A DNA stretch of 36,576 nt from a virus (lineage: Duplodnaviria; Caudoviricetes). Below the pieces are notes generated by a model. That model was not told where the DNA came from. It searched no databases and saw nothing but the letters and a program-made list of their open reading frames with translations. The DNA lies in IMG/VR virus record IMGVR_UViG_3300011335_000146, positions 1 through 36,576 of that record; one strand, given 5' to 3'. Below, piece after piece: positions 9,753 to 19,701 of this stretch; positions within the stretch are counted from its first letter, which is position 1; each line of letters opens with the position of its first letter. Position numbers and translations under genes: made by a program.

Positions 9753-10214
9753 ATGAAACTTTCTTCTGCATTAAATATAAACTTAGACAATATTCGCATT
9801 CGTGAATTCACGATGGCAGGGCAGAAAATGCGCGTTCGTGTTCCTCTTGCATCCGAAATGGAAGCAATTACAAAGGCGGTTGATGAAGTTGATTGGTCAA
9901 AAAAATATGAAGAAATGTCATCATCATTTTTAAAAGACAGAGCAGAAATTGAAAGTGAAGAAATAAAGTTTTTGGATGATGACATTGTTGTTGACGGCAA
10001 ATCAATAAAAGAAATTTCTATTCTTACGGCAAAAACGGAAGAAAGAATTACGCAAATGATTCGTTTGCTTGTTCCTGCAAATGAAGCAGATAGTATGGAT
10101 ACCATTACTTATGCAGATATAGATGAAGCATTTCCATTTGCCGTTCAAATGGAAGTAATGAAAAAGATTATTGAAGTTATATCGCCCGGCTACGAGGAAA
10201 CAAGAAAAAACTAA
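9753..10214 (+). CDS. Tail assembly chaperone (gpG-like)
   Basis: Acidic 153-aa ORF between tube and TMP genes, ending RKN on a slippery sequence. Confidence 0.8.
   Translation: MKLSSALNINLDNIRIREFTMAGQKMRVRVPLASEMEAITKAVDEVDWSKKYEEMSSSFLKDRAEIESEEIKFLDDDIVVDGKSIKEISILTAKTEERITQMIRLLVPANEADSMDTITYADIDEAFPFAVQMEVMKKIIEVISPGYEETRKN
10205..10211 (+). promoter_or_regulatory. -1 programmed ribosomal frameshift site A AAA AAC
   Basis: In-frame X XXY YYZ heptamer directly before TAA. The -1 frame reads CTA ATT GGC TCA TTG and continues open to 10567. Confidence 0.85.
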
Positions 10215-10567
10215 TTGGCTCATTGCGACTACAGGCGCGGGCATATATGTTGGCGCATGGAGCAAATCCAGACGCAATGAGCGAGGATGATTATCAATTA
10301 GTAATAGTGGCTTTAAATGATGGTTTGTTTGGAAACAAAGTATTAGCAAATGTAAGTGGCTTATTAACTACTGGTGTTTTTAATTACATTAGAAATGCAA
10401 ATTCAAGAGCATATAATTTGCAAGATATTTTAGGAATATTTTATAAATATATTTATAAACCATTAACTGAAGAACAAAGCAAAAATGCGGTAAATGAAAA
10501 ACTATTAGCGTTTATGTCAATGAATCCAAATTCAGATAAATATTTAAAACCAAAAAATGAAAAATGA
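10211..10567 (+). CDS. Tail assembly chaperone frameshift extension (gpT-like)
   Basis: ORF in the -1 frame with only a TTG start and no clear SD. Confidence 0.78.
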   Translation, partial: LIGSLRLQARAYMLAHGANPDAMSEDDYQLVIVALNDGLFGNKVLANVSGLLTTGVFNYIRNANSRAYNLQDILGIFYKYIYKPLTEEQSKNAVNEKLLAFMSMNPNSDKYLKPKNEK

Positions 10568-11003
10568 AACTTTTGGATTTGATGATTTTGATAAAACCCT
10601 AACAAAGATGGGCGAGGAATTTGGCTATACAGACGTAAATAAAAAAGTATTAGTGCCTGCATTAAAAGCAGCAATGATGGTTGCTTTACCAACTGCAAAA
10701 TCACTTGCTAGAGAAGATACAGGACAAATGAAACAAAGCATAAGAGTTGATGCTCGCAGACCAACAGACAAAGATCAAGATTCAAAATATGTTTATCCTT
10801 CTGATGCGGCAATTGCTATTTTGTCTGTAAAAAAATCTAGGGTTTCTTTAGGTGAAGAATTTGGAACAGAAAAAAAGGCTGCACATCCATTTATTAGACC
10901 TGCTTTAGAATCAAATCAAAAAAATATATTAAATACATTAAACCAACAATTAAAAGCAAAGATTGACAAATATCAAGCAAAAAAAAGCAAGGATAGATTA
11001 TGA
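10557..11003 (+). CDS. HK97 gp10-like tail component
   Basis: DTGQMKQSI and EEFGT...AHPFIRPALE motifs. Confidence 0.88.
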   Translation: MKNETFGFDDFDKTLTKMGEEFGYTDVNKKVLVPALKAAMMVALPTAKSLAREDTGQMKQSIRVDARRPTDKDQDSKYVYPSDAAIAILSVKKSRVSLGEEFGTEKKAAHPFIRPALESNQKNILNTLNQQLKAKIDKYQAKKSKDRL

Positions 11004-13096
11004 GTAATTACATAGCAAGACTTGGCGCAATCCTTTCGCTTGATACAAAAGAATTTGTCAAAGGCGTTGATGCCGCACAATTAAAAAGCAAGCAATTCAA
11101 ACAAAATTTAAAAGAAACTCAGCAAGTTTTAGATGGCGTTCGTACTGCCGCAAATGCAACTGCACTTGCAATGTTGGCGTTTGGTGCAATGGCGGCAAAC
11201 ACTGCCGATGAAATATCTGATTTAGCAGACGCTAATGAAACTACTGTTGGTAAAGTTCTTGAATTAAAAAAGGCATTAGTTTCTTCGGGTGGCGATGCCG
11301 GAAAAATCTCACAGTTATTTACTTCATTTACAAACTCAATAGATGATGCAGCACAAGGAAGTGATAAATTAAGAGATGCTTTTAAAGCAGTTGGTATTTC
11401 AACTAAAGATTTAGGTTTATTGTCTAGCGATGAATTAAGACAAAAAACACTTAAAGGATTGGCACAAATTGAAGATGGCATTACAAGAAATGCTTTAGGT
11501 ATGCAATTTTTTGGCAAAGCTGCTAGAGGTGTTGATTTTTTAAAACTCGCAGAAGAAGCAGAAAATGTTGCGGGTAAATACGATAAACAAGCTGCGGCAA
11601 TTAAATCTGCTGCCGATGCTGCACAAAAATTAGAATTGTTTTTTGGTGATATGAAAATTGCTGCAATACAAGCAATGAAACCAATTTCTAATTTAGTTAA
11701 TTTATTGCCTTCTGAAAGCCGTATAGAAGCAATGACAAAAGGTTTTCAAGTTTTAGGCGTTACCCTTGCTATTGCTTTCGGTGTTAAAGCAGTTCGCGGT
11801 GTTGTTCAATTAGGTAATGCCATACGAATGATTGCAATTACAAATCCCTGGCTACTTGCATTAACTGCGGCGGCAACTGTTGGAGCATATGTTTTTGCCG
11901 ATAAATTAAATCCATTGCCGGATGATAAAGAATATCCAAAAATGGATGGCGGTGGTGGCGGTCGCAAAATAGAGCAAAGCGCACGAGATAAAGCGGCTGC
12001 AAACGACTTAGAAAAAGAAGCAGAAAAAAGAAGAAAAGCATTAGAAAAAGCAAATGAATTAGAACAAGATTTTGCAGAAACGCTTAAAAATGCTTATGAT
12101 CGCCAATCAAAATATAATGCTCAATTAAAGGAAATGTTTGAAATTAATAAAATCAATAATGAATTAATAAAAGATGATTTTAATACTCAAAAAGAATTGC
12201 TTAATTTAGAAGCTCACCGCCATACTCTTTCAGAGAATGAATATCAAACTGCAAAATTAAATATTACAGCAACAGAAAAATTAAAAGAGATTGAACGAAA
12301 TGCAATACACGCTAAAACAGTTGCATTGGCAGAATTTGAAAGGGCATCTTCTGAAGAACAAGTTAGGGCAAAAGAAATTTACGATGCAAAAATTTATTAC
12401 ATAGAATTAGAAGCAGACATTAGAAGGGGTTATGCCGAACAATTAAATGATATGGAAGATGAAAATTTGCAGAAATCCATTGAAAGACAAAAATCATGGT
12501 CTGCAGGTTGGTCTGAAGCTATGAAGGAATACACAGAAACGGCTGAAAAAGCATCATTGCGTGGTCGTGCTGCATTTGAATCAGTTACATCTAATATGGA
12601 AACTGCCATTCGTAGGTTTGTAGATACAGGCAAATTTGCTTTTAAAGATTTTGTAGGTAGCGTAATTAAAGATTTACTTGTTATGGAGGCAAGGGCGCAA
12701 GCATCCATGATATTAAGATCAATAATAAGTAGTTTTGGTGGAATGCCTGCAGGCGGTGGTGGCGGTGGTGGCGGTTCTGCAGGTAGCGTTTTAGGTGATT
12801 TGTTTGGCGGCAAAAAAGCAGCAGCAGGTGGTGCAATTAATTCACCTACTCTTGTCGGTGAAAATGGCGCAGAATTATTTATACCAAGCACACCCGGCAC
12901 AGTTATTCCGCATGGCTCATGGCAACAAATGGCTGCGGCAGGTAGTGGCAATAATGGCATAACAGTGAACGGTAATTACATTGCAAACATGAGTGCAATA
13001 GATACGCAATCTGCCACACAGTTTTTAGCAAAAAATAAAAATGCAATTTGGGCATCATACCAATCTGCAAACCGTAGTGTTCCAATTTCACGATAG
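11000..13096 (+). CDS. Tail tape measure protein
   Basis: 698-aa Ala-rich helical protein; lambda-type FVDTGKFAFKDFVGSVIKDL and AAGG...LVGENGAELFIP C-terminus. Confidence 0.93.
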   Translation: MSNYIARLGAILSLDTKEFVKGVDAAQLKSKQFKQNLKETQQVLDGVRTAANATALAMLAFGAMAANTADEISDLADANETTVGKVLELKKALVSSGGDAGKISQLFTSFTNSIDDAAQGSDKLRDAFKAVGISTKDLGLLSSDELRQKTLKGLAQIEDGITRNALGMQFFGKAARGVDFLKLAEEAENVAGKYDKQAAAIKSAADAAQKLELFFGDMKIAAIQAMKPISNLVNLLPSESRIEAMTKGFQVLGVTLAIAFGVKAVRGVVQLGNAIRMIAITNPWLLALTAAATVGAYVFADKLNPLPDDKEYPKMDGGGGGRKIEQSARDKAAANDLEKEAEKRRKALEKANELEQDFAETLKNAYDRQSKYNAQLKEMFEINKINNELIKDDFNTQKELLNLEAHRHTLSENEYQTAKLNITATEKLKEIERNAIHAKTVALAEFERASSEEQVRAKEIYDAKIYYIELEADIRRGYAEQLNDMEDENLQKSIERQKSWSAGWSEAMKEYTETAEKASLRGRAAFESVTSNMETAIRRFVDTGKFAFKDFVGSVIKDLLVMEARAQASMILRSIISSFGGMPAGGGGGGGGSAGSVLGDLFGGKKAAAGGAINSPTLVGENGAELFIPSTPGTVIPHGSWQQMAAAGSGNNGITVNGNYIANMSAIDTQSATQFLAKNKNAIWASYQSANRSVPISR

Positions 13097-13105
13097 AGGT
13101 TAAGA

Positions 13106-14107
13106 ATGCCTGTCCCTTTTACATTTGCAAATCAATCCGGCAACATACCTTTAGCGCAATTGGATGCAAACTTTTCTGCGCTTTCCGGCACTGTTACTCA
13201 AGTTGCTTTTTCTACTGGCACAACTGGATTAACGGCAACAGGTTCACCAATTACTACAAGCGGCACAATAACTTTAGCGGGTACGCTTGCACTTGCTAAT
13301 GGCGGTACAGGCGCAACATCTGCGCCTGCGGCAATGGCTGCATTAACTGGATTTACAACAACGGCAACATCGGCGGGAATAACAACATTAACTGCGGCAT
13401 CTACTTATTACCAATTATTTACAGGCACGTTATCACAAAATGTGTTTCTGCCTAATGTGGGAACATTAGGTTTAGGTTGGTCATATTACATTTGCAATAA
13501 TAGCACTGGCAATATTAATGTTAATTCTTCAGGTGGTAATGGCGTAATTACTGTTTTGCCTAATACAACTGTAATGGTTACTTGCATTTTGGTTACAGGT
13601 ACAACTGCGGCATCTTGGGAAGCTGAATTTACTGGTTTTAGTGCTGCAACTGGTACAGGTAATGTCGTATTAGCTAACGCACCAACAATAACATCACCAA
13701 CATTAGTCACGCCTGCATTGGGTACGCCTGCAACTGGCACGTTAAGCAATTGTACGGTTGATGGCACTAATGCGGTTGGTTTTAGAACCGTTCCAATAAA
13801 TGAACAAATCACCGCATATACTGCGGTGTTGGATGATTCGGGAAAAGTAATTTCACATCCGTCAACCGATGCAAATGCAAGAACATTTACTATCCCTGCA
13901 AATGCTTCTGTTGCTTATCCAGTAGGAACAGTTTTAACTTTTACAAATATGACTTCACAAGTTGTTTCTATTGCGATTACATCTGACACAATGTATTTAG
14001 CAGGCACAGGTACAACTGGCACAAGATCATTGGCGCAATATGGCATGGCTTCTGCGCTTAAATTAACCGCAACAACGTGGCTTATTTCTGGTAACGGATT
14101 AACGTAA
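13106..14107 (+). CDS. Putative tail fibre/virion appendage protein
   Basis: N-terminal LAQLDANF anchor motif, LALANGGTGAT repeat unit, TIPANASVAYPVGT...WLISGNGLT C-terminus. Confidence 0.7.
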   Translation: MPVPFTFANQSGNIPLAQLDANFSALSGTVTQVAFSTGTTGLTATGSPITTSGTITLAGTLALANGGTGATSAPAAMAALTGFTTTATSAGITTLTAASTYYQLFTGTLSQNVFLPNVGTLGLGWSYYICNNSTGNINVNSSGGNGVITVLPNTTVMVTCILVTGTTAASWEAEFTGFSAATGTGNVVLANAPTITSPTLVTPALGTPATGTLSNCTVDGTNAVGFRTVPINEQITAYTAVLDDSGKVISHPSTDANARTFTIPANASVAYPVGTVLTFTNMTSQVVSIAITSDTMYLAGTGTTGTRSLAQYGMASALKLTATTWLISGNGLT

Positions 14108-15003
14108 TGAGTGGCGTTCTAGGATTCCTTGCGGGCGCAATTGCTAGACCATCCGGCGGTGCTAGTGCGCCTTCAACAGTTGAATATTTAGTTGTTGCAG
14201 GCGGTGGTGGCGGCGGCACACAAGGCGGTGGCGGTGGCGCAGGCGGGTATAGAACGGCAACAGGTTTTGCAGTAACGCCAAGCACATCATATACCGTAAC
14301 AATTGGCGCAGGCGGCGCAGCAAATGCGAACGGAAACAATTCTGTATTTTCAACTATTACATCCACAGGCGGCGGCAAAGGCGGTGCTGCGGCAGGCACT
14401 AGCGCAGGTAGCGCAGGCGGTAGCGGTGGCGGTGGTTCAGTTAGAGGTGGTACAGATTTAGGCGGTGCAGGCAATACGCCAAGTACATCACCATCACAAG
14501 GTAATGCAGGCGGCAATAACGCGGGTAACAATGCACGTTACGGCGGTGGTGGTGGCGGCGGTATAGGTAGTGTTGGTGTTACTGGCACAACATCGGCAGG
14601 CGGCAATGGCGGGTCTGGTTCAACATCCGTAATAAATGGCGTTACATATGCGGCAGGCGGCGGTGGCGGTATTTTTACAGGCACAGTCCCTTCTGTAGTT
14701 ACCGCAGGCACAGGCGGTAGTGGCATTGGCGGCAATGGCTCAATAGGTAATGCAAACGCAACTTCCGCAGGCGCAAATACAGGTTCAGGTGGCGGTGGCG
14801 CAGGTACAAATGTTGGCACAGTTGGCGCAGGCGGTTCTGGTATTGTTATTGTTTCCTATCCTAATAACTTTAATGATTTAGCAAGTGTTGCTGCAACGCT
14901 TACTTGTAACGGGAGCACAGGCAATACAGTTCCAAATACAGCAATTAGAGCAGGCTATAAAACTTATATATTTACCGCAGGAACAGGTACAATTTCATGG
15001 TAA
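14107..15003 (+). CDS. Glycine-rich adhesin-like protein
   Basis: Domain bounded by VEYLVVAGGGGGG and GGSGIVIVSY; TAATG coupling to the upstream gene. Confidence 0.75.
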   Translation: MSGVLGFLAGAIARPSGGASAPSTVEYLVVAGGGGGGTQGGGGGAGGYRTATGFAVTPSTSYTVTIGAGGAANANGNNSVFSTITSTGGGKGGAAAGTSAGSAGGSGGGGSVRGGTDLGGAGNTPSTSPSQGNAGGNNAGNNARYGGGGGGGIGSVGVTGTTSAGGNGGSGSTSVINGVTYAAGGGGGIFTGTVPSVVTAGTGGSGIGGNGSIGNANATSAGANTGSGGGGAGTNVGTVGAGGSGIVIVSYPNNFNDLASVAATLTCNGSTGNTVPNTAIRAGYKTYIFTAGTGTISW

Positions 15004-15019
15004 AAAATTGGGTTAAATT

Positions 15020-15700
15020 ATGAGTTTACAAACAATACTTTCTGTTGCTGAATCGGTTGGAATTAATGACCATAAATTTGCCGGACAAATGCTGTCACGC
15101 AATATGCGTATAAGCACATCCGAAGTTCTAACGGTTCAACCGTTTGAATTTGAAATTAAGCCAATGAATTATTTGTTGTATTCTCAAAATCGTGCAGTGT
15201 TATCTACACTACGCCAAGCGGATAGAATCAATGAACAGTATTTAAATTTTGGTAATACTGGTTGGGTTAATTACATTGCGTATCAAGGTAACATGACAAG
15301 CGGGCAAATTGCTGCTTGCACTTATGAAACAACAAGCGGAAACAAAACAATTGTTCTTGGTAACTTACCTGCAATTGCATCAACTGATTACATAGTTAAG
15401 GTTGGCGATTTTATACAGATTGATCGTTATGCTTATATAGCAACTGCCGATGTATTGCGCGAAGTTGGTACAACTGTAAGCATTCCAGTTCATAGAACAA
15501 TTTTAACGAATGTATTTACTGGCATTCCTGTGGTAATTGGTCAATACGGCACAACCGTTCAACTAGGTGTTTCTAGTTATACAGGCATTACTTTTCCAGT
15601 TATCCTTCGAGATTATCCATCTTACACATTAATCCCAATGACCAATGACAGTTTCATTCAATGGGCGGGACAGTTCAAATGCTATGAGGTGGTGCTGTGA
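15020..15700 (+). CDS. Putative distal tail protein
   Basis: First non-fibre gene after TMP; beta-rich. Function inferred from position. Confidence 0.55.
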   Translation: MSLQTILSVAESVGINDHKFAGQMLSRNMRISTSEVLTVQPFEFEIKPMNYLLYSQNRAVLSTLRQADRINEQYLNFGNTGWVNYIAYQGNMTSGQIAACTYETTSGNKTIVLGNLPAIASTDYIVKVGDFIQIDRYAYIATADVLREVGTTVSIPVHRTILTNVFTGIPVVIGQYGTTVQLGVSSYTGITFPVILRDYPSYTLIPMTNDSFIQWAGQFKCYEVVL

Positions 15701-16374
15701 ACGAAATAGCACCAGTAGAAAATACCAATCTTATTAGGTATGCGGATTTTGTACGTATAACCACACCAGACGCAACATATCGTTTTGCCACTACGCCTAC
15801 AGCAATAACAGTTCCATCGGTTGACCCTGAACCATTTACTGCATTAGGGCAGTTGGTTAAAGTTGGCGATGCGACACGCGACATTAAATCAACCGCAAAT
15901 GAAACGACTGTTACGCTAACAGGCATTGAACCAACCATGCTTGCGCTTGTATTGGGTACACAAATAAAAGGCGCACAAATAGAAATGTGGCATGGCTTTT
16001 TTAATGCTAACGGCGAATTAACTAGCGGCGCATTGCCTGTCACATGGATTAATAATTCGACATTAGATGTTAATTGGCAAAATCAAATATCGTCAAATGT
16101 AACGTGGACATCTGACACCAACGGAACATTGTATAAATTTTTTACTGGTTATATAAATTCATTTACTATCAATGAACAATGGTTTGAAGAAGTGCGCGGT
16201 TATCTTGGAACGATTACAGTTAGCGCATCAAGCATACAATTGATTTTACAAAATAGGGTTTCAGGTAGATACACAAATAACAATTCATGGCAGTTTTACA
16301 CGCCTAATGACACAAGCATGAATCGAGTAGCGTTTATTCAAACCATTAATTATGCTTTTGGTCAAGGCTCATGA
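15697..16374 (+). CDS. Putative tail hub/minor tail protein (gpL-like position)
   Basis: GTGA overlap; TVTLTGI...FFTGYI...ITVSASS pattern; position. Confidence 0.55.
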   Translation: MNEIAPVENTNLIRYADFVRITTPDATYRFATTPTAITVPSVDPEPFTALGQLVKVGDATRDIKSTANETTVTLTGIEPTMLALVLGTQIKGAQIEMWHGFFNANGELTSGALPVTWINNSTLDVNWQNQISSNVTWTSDTNGTLYKFFTGYINSFTINEQWFEEVRGYLGTITVSASSIQLILQNRVSGRYTNNNSWQFYTPNDTSMNRVAFIQTINYAFGQGS

Positions 16375-16805
16375 TAAGACAAGCAAACAAATACGATAAG
16401 ACACAAATAATAGATTTTATGAAATGCTTTCGTGATGAAAGCCCATTAAAAGAAATATTTGCAAGCAATGATGAAACCCAATTAAGTATTTTGATAAATA
16501 ACATTTTGGCAGGACAGGGCAGAATATTTATTAAAGACAATGTTGGTTTTTTTATGTGTTTAATATTGCCTAGCATTTGGAATCACGAAACATTTGTTCT
16601 TCATGAAATTGCTTGGTATGTATTGCCGCAGTATAGAAATGGAACGTCTGGTTATAAATTATTGAAAGCATATTTAGAATATGCAAACGAATTAAAAAAT
16701 AGCGGCAAGATTAAATATTTTACTTTGAGCAAAATAGCGACAAGCCCAAATTTAAAATATGAAAAGTTAGGGTTTAGGAAAATAGATGAAAACTGGATTC
16801 AATAA
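16371..16805 (+). CDS. GNAT acetyltransferase-fold protein
   Basis: MIRQA start, WYVLPQYRNGTSGYKLLKAY motif A and YEKLGF motif B. Confidence 0.75.
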   Translation: MIRQANKYDKTQIIDFMKCFRDESPLKEIFASNDETQLSILINNILAGQGRIFIKDNVGFFMCLILPSIWNHETFVLHEIAWYVLPQYRNGTSGYKLLKAYLEYANELKNSGKIKYFTLSKIATSPNLKYEKLGFRKIDENWIQ

Positions 16806-19698
16806 AATTTGGTTAGCTATTGCGCTATTAACATTTACTGCGCCTGCGTTTGCTCTTGGTTCTATTGTTGCTGCTTATTTTTTTACTGCGGGGACTATCG
16901 GTTTTTATGTAACTGCATTCGCAATTAACATGGTTATTTCAACCATTGTTTCTCGTGCATTAACACCTGATATGCCGTCATTTGATGGCACACGTTATCC
17001 CGATCCCGGCAATCGTCAACAAGTACCGCCTGCAACTGATAATAAATTACCTGTTGTTTATGGTTCTGCTTATGTTGGCGGCACAATTACTGACTTATCT
17101 ATTACTAGCAACAATCAACAAATTTATTATTGTTTAGCATTATCTGAAGTTACCAATTCGGAATATGGAAACACTGCCGATGTGTTTAGTTTTGGTAATG
17201 TTTATTGGGGTGGCAAGAAAGTAATATTTAGCACAACTGTTGGTGAAACTTATAAAGTAACTGGTTTGCTTGATGAATCAACTGGTGTAACTGATACAAC
17301 TGTTGCAGGTTTAATGGAGTTTTATTTTTACCGCAATGGTTCTAGCACACCAACAAATAGTTCATTAACTGCAATACAAGTAATGAATAATCCTGATTTA
17401 ATTTATAAATGGGATGCTAGTAAGTTAATGAGCAACTGCGCGTTTGTAATTATTAAATTAACTTATTCGCGTGATGCAAATATTACTGGAATGCAGCAAA
17501 CTAGAATTCAAGTAATTAATCCTAGAAAAAATCCCGGCGATGTATTTTTAGATTATTTTAGATCAACTAGGTACGGCGCAGCATTACCATTGTCTAGCGT
17601 AAACACAAACAGTTTGGCAGCATTAAATACTTATTCAACGCAATTAATAAATTATTCAACTTCGGGTGGTCTTGCGGGTTCAATGCAAAGATTTGAATTT
17701 GATGGCGTGATTTTGACAGATCAACCAATCATGTCAAACATTCAAATGATGGCTAATTGCTGCGATTGTTTGGTTAAATATAATGAAATAACTAGTCAAT
17801 GGGGCGTTATAGTTCAACAACCTACTTACACAACAGCATTAGAAATTAATGATTCAAATTTAGTAGGCGCAATAAATATATCGCCTTTAGATATAGCAAA
17901 CACTTTTAATGTTGCTGAAACAAAATTTGTAGATAGCACTCAACAAGATACATTTGCAAGTGCAATATTTGACCTTGCACAAATTGCGCCTGAATTGCTT
18001 TATCCAAATGAACCAGTAAATAAACAAGTTATTACATTGCCGTTAATTAATAACAGTGTAAGAGCGCAAATTTTAACAAGTAGATTTTTAAAATCTTGTC
18101 GAGAAGATTTGCAAATGCAGTGCATTGTGAATTTTTCAGGTATTCAATTAGAAGCAGGCGATGTTGTAAGTGTTACAAATACAAACTACCAATTTAATAA
18201 TAAACTTTTTAAAGTTCAAAAAGTAACTGAAAATTTTGCCGATGATGGTTCTGTTACAGCAAGTTTAATGTTGACAGAATTTAATCCTGAAGTTTTTGCC
18301 GATACTGACGTTACTGAATTTGCGCCTTCACCTAATAGCGGATTTTTAGACCCTTCAGTATTTGGCACTGTGCCTGCGCCTGTTATTAATGGAATAGTAA
18401 CCGCAGGCTTTAAACCTAAATTTGATGTTGTGCCAACAACAAGCACAGATGGCATTATTGAATTTGTACAGATTTGGTATTCAACTGTACCAGTTCCAAC
18501 AATTGACCAATTAACATTGCTTGCTGTTTACAATTCAGTAAATGGTCAAGGCTTCCCACAAAGCACAGCATTACCTGCTTATGAAGTTGCTACATTTGAA
18601 GCAAACACATATTACTTTTTTGTGCGTGTAGGCAATTCATTAAAGACAAGTATTTTTTCGCCTGCTACTTCAATCAATTGGAATCCGACATTTATAGATA
18701 ATGTTTTATCTATTACTGCAAACGGTTTAAATCTGTCATGGACAGAGGTTGCAAACTGGCGAATTGCAGGTTATGTATTGCGCTATCAATATGGCGTAAA
18801 TACTGATTGGAATACTGCACTGCCTTTATCTGGTGGTCTAGTAACTGACACCAATTTTTTTGCTGCGGCATTGTCCGGCATACAAACAACCGTAATGGTT
18901 AAGGCAGTTGATACTGTTGGACATGAATCGCCTAATTCAGCATCGACACAAGTTAATAGCACTGATTCGCTAGTGCCAAACGTCATTGAGGTTATTGATT
19001 TCAAAGCGGGCGGTTGGCTTGGTACTAGAACAAATTGCTCGATTGTAGGTGGCAATCTTGTTGCTGACATATTAGATTCATTTTATGGCGAAGATGAACA
19101 ATCATTTTATGGATTGGCGGCTGAAAGTTTATATGATTCTGCTATATCGCAAGCAATGGTTTACACGACTGAAGAAACATTTATTGGCTCTGCTTTAGCA
19201 AATTCATTTGCTGTTTTAAATTGGACTGCACTTGGAAACAATCCAGTTGTTGAATATAGGCAAGTTTACCCAACGCCGTTTTATGGCGCAGATGGCGATT
19301 CGAAATATGGCGTTGACGATAACGCAAGTTTCTATGGTGAAAATACTGATTTCTTACCAATGCCTTCAAGCATTTTTATGCAAAACGGCGTGTATCAATT
19401 TAGGATTTCATTAGGCACTGGCGTAATTGGCGAGGTATCAGAATTTAATTTATCAATTGATGTGCCGGATATAGTTGAGGTTGTGAACAATCATGTTGTT
19501 AACGGTGGCGCAATTCCTTATTTCAGAAACTTTACAGCAATCACTAATGTTCAAGCAACATTGCAGCAAAACGCACTTGGCGTGGTAACAATTAGAGTGG
19601 ATAAATCTGTACCACTTGCGCCTACAATCACAGGTTATAATTCTGCACAAGTTGCCACTACAGGCGCATTGGCAGACATAGTTTTACAAGGATACTAA
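16786..19698 (+). CDS. Tail tip/host specificity protein (gpJ-like)
   Basis: 970 aa; LPVVYG, NPGDVFLDY..STRYG, LEAGDVVSVT motifs and FN3-like segments (VKAVDTVGHES). Confidence 0.88.
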   Translation: MKTGFNKIWLAIALLTFTAPAFALGSIVAAYFFTAGTIGFYVTAFAINMVISTIVSRALTPDMPSFDGTRYPDPGNRQQVPPATDNKLPVVYGSAYVGGTITDLSITSNNQQIYYCLALSEVTNSEYGNTADVFSFGNVYWGGKKVIFSTTVGETYKVTGLLDESTGVTDTTVAGLMEFYFYRNGSSTPTNSSLTAIQVMNNPDLIYKWDASKLMSNCAFVIIKLTYSRDANITGMQQTRIQVINPRKNPGDVFLDYFRSTRYGAALPLSSVNTNSLAALNTYSTQLINYSTSGGLAGSMQRFEFDGVILTDQPIMSNIQMMANCCDCLVKYNEITSQWGVIVQQPTYTTALEINDSNLVGAINISPLDIANTFNVAETKFVDSTQQDTFASAIFDLAQIAPELLYPNEPVNKQVITLPLINNSVRAQILTSRFLKSCREDLQMQCIVNFSGIQLEAGDVVSVTNTNYQFNNKLFKVQKVTENFADDGSVTASLMLTEFNPEVFADTDVTEFAPSPNSGFLDPSVFGTVPAPVINGIVTAGFKPKFDVVPTTSTDGIIEFVQIWYSTVPVPTIDQLTLLAVYNSVNGQGFPQSTALPAYEVATFEANTYYFFVRVGNSLKTSIFSPATSINWNPTFIDNVLSITANGLNLSWTEVANWRIAGYVLRYQYGVNTDWNTALPLSGGLVTDTNFFAAALSGIQTTVMVKAVDTVGHESPNSASTQVNSTDSLVPNVIEVIDFKAGGWLGTRTNCSIVGGNLVADILDSFYGEDEQSFYGLAAESLYDSAISQAMVYTTEETFIGSALANSFAVLNWTALGNNPVVEYRQVYPTPFYGADGDSKYGVDDNASFYGENTDFLPMPSSIFMQNGVYQFRISLGTGVIGEVSEFNLSIDVPDIVEVVNNHVVNGGAIPYFRNFTAITNVQATLQQNALGVVTIRVDKSVPLAPTITGYNSAQVATTGALADIVLQGY

Positions 19699-19701
19699 AT
19701 C

